From Candidatus Sysuimicrobium calidum (GTDB lineage: Bacteria > Sysuimicrobiota > Sysuimicrobiia > Sysuimicrobiales > Sysuimicrobiaceae): 64,000 nucleotides of DNA. The translations under genes and the position numbers were made by a program. The stretch lies in contig JAVKHN010000005.1 in NCBI GenBank assembly GCA_031459935.1, positions 8,102 through 72,101 on the forward strand. Direction: 5' to 3'. A model generated the notes under the pieces. That model was not told the DNA's origin and made no database searches. It was given only the letters and a program-made list of their open reading frames with translations. Below, in pieces: positions 59,904 through 64,000 of the stretch (positions are counted from its first letter, which is position 1; each line of letters opens with the position of its first letter).

Positions 59904-61283
59904 GTGGAGCCGCTGCGGTGCGTGGTGCTGAGGCCAGATCCCCTGGAGGGGAGGCGGGGCGCGGTGGCCTTCCGGTGGGTTCCCACCCTGGACGCGGCGC
60001 GGGCCGCGCTTCTGAGCGAGGAACCGGACGCCCTCGCGGTGGACGTGGCGGAGACCGGGGAGGAGGGCCTGCTGGCCGTGGCGGCGCTCGCCCGGACATG
60101 TCCGCACCTCCCCGTGGTGGCTGTGGCCCCGCCCGCGCGGATGCCGGAGGCTGTGCGGCGGGGCGCGCGGGGCCTGCTGGCGCCGCCCGCCACGGCTGCG
60201 GCCCTGGCGGAGGAGGTCCTCTGCGCGGTGCGGGCGCACCGGGCCCTCCGGGAGGAGCTGCAGCTCGCGGTGCTGCGGCCGCTGTTGCAATTGCGGGAAC
60301 TCGTGCCCGCGGACGGGAGCCCGGAGGGGGTGCTGCGGCGGCTGGTGGAGATCGCCCGGCACAGCCTGGGCGCGGATCGGGCTGCGGTGATGACCCTGAG
60401 CCCGCAGGCCCAGGACCTGGTGGTGGCCACGGTGCAGCAGGCGGGCAGCTCGCTGGCGGAGCGCCTTTGGACGCTCCTGCCCGATCGCCTGACCAGCGCC
60501 CGCCTGCCCGCGGAGGATTCCGGCGAGGTGCTCACCGCGGCCCTCGCCACCGCGGACCGCACCCTGGGCGCCCTCACGGTCTGCCGGACCAAGCCCCGGG
60601 AACCCTTCGGCCCCGTGCACCGGGAGCTGTTGAACCTCCTGGGCGTCCTCGGGGCCCTGCCTCTCCTGCAGGTGGACCTCGTGCGCCGGGTCCAGCAGGC
60701 GAACCAGAGCCTCGTGAACGCCCTGGCCTACGCCTGCGAGCTTCACGAGGCCACCCTGCGGGGGCACAGCGAGCGCCTTGCGTCCTACGCGGTGGCCGTG
60801 GGTCGGCGTCTCGGGTTTGGGGAGCCCGCCCTCACCGACCTGCGGGTGGCGGGGATGCTGCACGACGTGGGCAAGATCGGCATCAGCGACGCCATCCTGC
60901 TCAAACCCGGGCCCCTCACCCCCGAGGAGTACGAGGTCGTCAAGCGGCACACGGTGATGGGTGCGGAGATCCTCTCCGCGGCGGGATTCGGGGAGGACGT
61001 GGTGCGGTGGGTCCTGCACCACCACGAGCGGTGGGACGGCCGCGGATACCCCATGGGGCTTGCGGGGGAGCAGATCCCGGTGGGGGCTCGCATCCTGGCC
61101 GTGGTGGACGCCTTCGAGGTGATGACCGCGGGCCGCATCTACCGCCCTGCGATCCCCGTGGAGGCGGCGGTGGAGGAGCTGCAGGCCCAGCGGGGGCGGC
61201 AGTTCGATTCCGAGGTGGTGGCCGCCTTCCTGGAGTTCCTCCGGAGCGGCGAGGTCCGCGTGGATCTGGAATCGGGGAGGTGA
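59904..61283 (+). CDS. GAF-HD-GYP domain c-di-GMP phosphodiesterase with N-terminal receiver-like domain
   Basis: GTG start. HD...HHERWDGRGYP (HD-GYP signature), upstream GAF-like region, N-terminal degenerate REC-like segment. Confidence 0.8.
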   Translation: MEPLRCVVLRPDPLEGRRGAVAFRWVPTLDAARAALLSEEPDALAVDVAETGEEGLLAVAALARTCPHLPVVAVAPPARMPEAVRRGARGLLAPPATAAALAEEVLCAVRAHRALREELQLAVLRPLLQLRELVPADGSPEGVLRRLVEIARHSLGADRAAVMTLSPQAQDLVVATVQQAGSSLAERLWTLLPDRLTSARLPAEDSGEVLTAALATADRTLGALTVCRTKPREPFGPVHRELLNLLGVLGALPLLQVDLVRRVQQANQSLVNALAYACELHEATLRGHSERLASYAVAVGRRLGFGEPALTDLRVAGMLHDVGKIGISDAILLKPGPLTPEEYEVVKRHTVMGAEILSAAGFGEDVVRWVLHHHERWDGRGYPMGLAGEQIPVGARILAVVDAFEVMTAGRIYRPAIPVEAAVEELQAQRGRQFDSEVVAAFLEFLRSGEVRVDLESGR

Positions 61284-61777
61284 ACGCGGTGGACCGGAAA
61301 GCGACGAGCGAACCTGAGCAGCACCTGGTGGTGGTGCGGCTCGATCGGGAACGGTACGGCTTCGCCATCGAGCACGTGCACGAGATCATCCGGATGCAGG
61401 AGGTGACCCGCGTCCCCCGGGCGCCAGAGTTCGTGGAGGGGGTGATCAACCTCCGAGGACAGGTGATCCCCGTGCTGGATCTGCGCCGGCGGTTCGGGCT
61501 TCCCCCGGGGGAAAGGGATGGCACGACCCGCATCGTGGTGGTGGAGATGAACGGGAACCGGGTGGGCGTGGTGGTGGACGCGGTGCTGGAGGTGCTGCGG
61601 GTTCCCCAAAGCAGCGTGGTGCCGCCGGAGGACCTGCTGGCCACAAGCCAGGTGGCGTTCCTGCGGGGCGTTGCCAAGCACGGGGATGGGCTCATCCTCC
61701 TGCTGGACCTGCAGCGGGTGCTGGAGGTCGGCGAGCAACAGGCCCTGCGGGACTTCCAGCCCGCCCTCGCGCACTAG
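61283..61777 (+). CDS. cheW: chemotaxis coupling protein CheW
   Basis: HLVVVRLDRERYGFAIEHVHEIIRMQEVTRVPRAPEFVEGVINLRGQVIPVLDLRRRFGL. C-terminal part of track ORF 59750..61777. GTG start ~61283. Confidence 0.8.
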   Translation, partial: NAVDRKATSEPEQHLVVVRLDRERYGFAIEHVHEIIRMQEVTRVPRAPEFVEGVINLRGQVIPVLDLRRRFGLPPGERDGTTRIVVVEMNGNRVGVVVDAVLEVLRVPQSSVVPPEDLLATSQVAFLRGVAKHGDGLILLLDLQRVLEVGEQQALRDFQPALAH

Positions 61778-61787
61778 GAGGGGAACG

Positions 61788-63716
61788 GTGCACCTCGCTA
61801 AGCTCCTTCCCACGTTCCTCGCGGAGGCGGAGGAGCACCTCCAGACCCTGGAAGAGGGGGTGCTGCGGCTGGAGCGCGATGGCGCGGAGGCGGGGCTCGT
61901 GCAGAGCCTCTTCCGCAGTGCCCACACCCTCAAGGGAAGCGCGGCGGCGCTCGGGTTCCGGCGCATGGCGGAGCTCACGCACCGGATGGAGGAGGTGCTG
62001 GACGCGCTGCGTGGGGGACTTCGAAGCGCGGAGGGCTTGGTGGACCTCCTGCTCGCGTGCGTGGACGCGCTCCGCACCCTGCGGCAGGAGGTGGCGGAGG
62101 CAGGCGAGGAGCGCACGGAGGTGGAGGACCTCGTGCGGCGGCTGCAGACCTGGCGGGAGGGAGCCCCTGCAGACGCACTCCACCCCGTGGAGGTCCGGAT
62201 CCGGCTGCGGGAGGACTGCCCCATGCGGGCGGCCCGGGCCCTCGCCCTGCTGCAGGCGCTGCGCCGGGAAGGCGAGATTGAGCAGGTGGTGCCCTCCGAG
62301 GAGGAGATCCGCAACGGGGCCGTGGATCTGGAGCTGAGCTGCCGGGTGAGGGTGCGGGAGCCGGAGATCCTCGTGCCGCTCCTCTCGGGCGCGGACGTGG
62401 AGTCCGTGCGGATCCTGCCCGCCCCGGAGGTTCCGCGGGACGAGCGATGGCTGGATCTGGGTCCGCAGGCGCGGGGCAAGCTCCCGCACGATCCGGAGTT
62501 GAGCCGACGAGCCGCCCTGCGCACCGTGCGGGTGGACGTGGAGCGGCTGGACCGGATCATGAACCTCGTGGGGGAGCTGGTGGTGGACCGCATCCGGTTC
62601 CAGCAGATCGCCCACCGGCTGCGCGCGGGCGGGAGGGACCACGGCCTCGCGGAGGAGCTCCTGGACGCCGCGGTCCACCTGGGCCGTGTCGCCACGGACC
62701 TGCAGGCCCAGGTGCTCAAGATCCGCATGCTGCCCATCGAGCACCTCTTCAGCCGCTTCCCCCGCTACGTGCGGGACCTGGCGCGGCGGGCCGGCAAGGA
62801 GGTGGAGGTGGTGCTGGAGGGGCAGGACGTGGAGCTGGACCGATCCATCCTCGAGCAGATCGGCGGGCCGCTCATGCACCTCGTGCGCAACGCGGTGGAC
62901 CACGGCATCGAGCCCCCGGAGGAGCGGGAGCGGCTCGGCAAGCCGCGGGCGGGCCGGCTGCGCCTGGCGGCCTACCAGGAGGACGGGATCGTGGTGGTGG
63001 TGGAGGACGACGGCCGGGGGATCGACACGGATCGGGTGCGCAGCCGGGCCGTGGAGCTCCGGATCGTGAGCCCGGAGGCCGCGGCGCGTCTGGCGGAGCG
63101 GGAGGTGGTGGAGCTCATCTTCCACCCGGGGCTCAGCACCGCCGCGGCGGTCACGGACGTCTCCGGCCGGGGCGTGGGCATGGACGCGGTACGGGCTGGC
63201 GTGCAGGCGGTGGGCGGGAGCCTGGAGGTGGAGACGGAGCGCCAAAAGGGCACCCGCTTCCTCCTGCGCCTCCCCCTCACCCTGGCCATCGTGCGGGCTG
63301 TGACGGTGATCTGCGGGGGGGAGCGGTACGCGGTCCCCATCTCCTCCGTGCACGAGATCGTGGAGATCCCGGCCTCCCGGGTGCACCGGGTGGGGTCCGG
63401 CCACACCACGGTGCTGCGGGGTTCGGTACTGCCCCTCGTCTCCGTGCACGAGATCCTGGGGCTGCCCGTACCTCGGGAGCCGGATCGGCTCCTGTGCGTG
63501 GTGGTGGGTGCGGGCCGCCGGCGGGTGGGGCTTTGGGTGGACGGGGTGGTGGGAGAGGGAGAGATGGTGGTGAAGCCCTTGGGGAGCTATCTCGGCGAGG
63601 TGCCCGGGGTGTCGGGGGCCACCATCCTGGGAGACGGACGGGTGGCCCTCATCCTGGACCCCGTGCGCCTGGTGCGTCTCGCAGTACGGGAGGAGGAACT
63701 GGCGCATGTCGGCTAG
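61788..63716 (+). CDS. cheA: chemotaxis histidine kinase CheA
   Basis: Likely GTG start VHLAKLLPTFLAEAEEHLQ. Hpt (FRSAHTLKGSAAALGF), dimerisation, HATPase (HLVRNAVDHGIE, DDGRGID, GRGVGMD), CheW-like C-terminal domain. Confidence 0.85.
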   Translation: MHLAKLLPTFLAEAEEHLQTLEEGVLRLERDGAEAGLVQSLFRSAHTLKGSAAALGFRRMAELTHRMEEVLDALRGGLRSAEGLVDLLLACVDALRTLRQEVAEAGEERTEVEDLVRRLQTWREGAPADALHPVEVRIRLREDCPMRAARALALLQALRREGEIEQVVPSEEEIRNGAVDLELSCRVRVREPEILVPLLSGADVESVRILPAPEVPRDERWLDLGPQARGKLPHDPELSRRAALRTVRVDVERLDRIMNLVGELVVDRIRFQQIAHRLRAGGRDHGLAEELLDAAVHLGRVATDLQAQVLKIRMLPIEHLFSRFPRYVRDLARRAGKEVEVVLEGQDVELDRSILEQIGGPLMHLVRNAVDHGIEPPEERERLGKPRAGRLRLAAYQEDGIVVVVEDDGRGIDTDRVRSRAVELRIVSPEAAARLAEREVVELIFHPGLSTAAAVTDVSGRGVGMDAVRAGVQAVGGSLEVETERQKGTRFLLRLPLTLAIVRAVTVICGGERYAVPISSVHEIVEIPASRVHRVGSGHTTVLRGSVLPLVSVHEILGLPVPREPDRLLCVVVGAGRRRVGLWVDGVVGEGEMVVKPLGSYLGEVPGVSGATILGDGRVALILDPVRLVRLAVREEELAHVG

Positions 63717-64000
63717 GGTCCTGGTGGTGGACGACGCAGCCTTCATGCGGGCTATGCTCCGCGAGGTCCTCACCAACAGCGGTTTCCAGGTGGTGGGGGA
63801 GGCCAGCAACGGCCTGGAGGCCATCGAGCGGTACGAGGAGACCAAACCCGACGTGGTGACCATGGACATCACCATGCCGGAGATGGATGGGGTGCGGGCG
63901 GTACGGGAGATCCTGCGCCGGGACCCCGCGGCCCGCGTCGTGATGGTGAGCGCCATGGGGCAGCAGGCCCTGGTGGTGGAGGCCATCCAGGCGGGAGCCC
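63706..64000 (+). CDS. cheY: chemotaxis response regulator CheY (partial, continues past window)
   Basis: MSARVLVVDDAAFMRAMLREVL...PDVVTMDITMPEMDG... Receiver Asp pocket. Overlaps the cheA stop. Confidence 0.85.
   Translation, partial: MSARVLVVDDAAFMRAMLREVLTNSGFQVVGEASNGLEAIERYEETKPDVVTMDITMPEMDGVRAVREILRRDPAARVVMVSAMGQQALVVEAIQAGA

Overview
This is a ~70% GC bacterial chromosomal window that spans the replication origin, and the proteome looks thermophile-like. The gene order is the Firmicutes/Clostridia type. On the minus strand: dnaA-dnaN-S4(yaaA)-recF-DUF721-DUF370(remB)-gyrB-gyrA-hup. Diverging on the plus strand: rpmH/rnpA-yidD-yidC-jag-rsmG-parA-parB. DnaA-box clusters lie in the divergent region 32.6-33.0 kb and between dnaN and dnaA. 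The left arm carries trxB/trxA, an S2P protease and a T-box-controlled serine operon (class-V aminotransferase, serA, serS, TPR protein). It also carries archease, LysR, a selenocysteine-containing selD, a PRC/BON protein, rsgA, an ABC-2 exporter, a low-GC solitary DNA methyltransferase, a DinB-like protein, and a partial flagellar rod gene at the window edge. The right arm carries an M24 peptidase, HD hydrolase, peptide SBP, CocE-type peptidase, acetoacetyl-CoA synthetase and a BcsA-like GT2 with a PilZ domain. It also carries a complete three-component corrinoid methyltransferase module with its RACE activator, a GntR-TauE-DUF1634-MBL-PEBP operon, PadR, and a chemotaxis block (MCP, sigma54-type activator, GAF/HD-GYP, CheW, CheA, CheY). 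No rRNA, tRNA, CRISPR or transposon was detected. Many of the long ORFs in the track are G/P/R-rich alternate-frame artefacts of the high GC and were not called. Coordinates I derived myself (internal starts, RNA elements) should be taken as +/- 3 nt.
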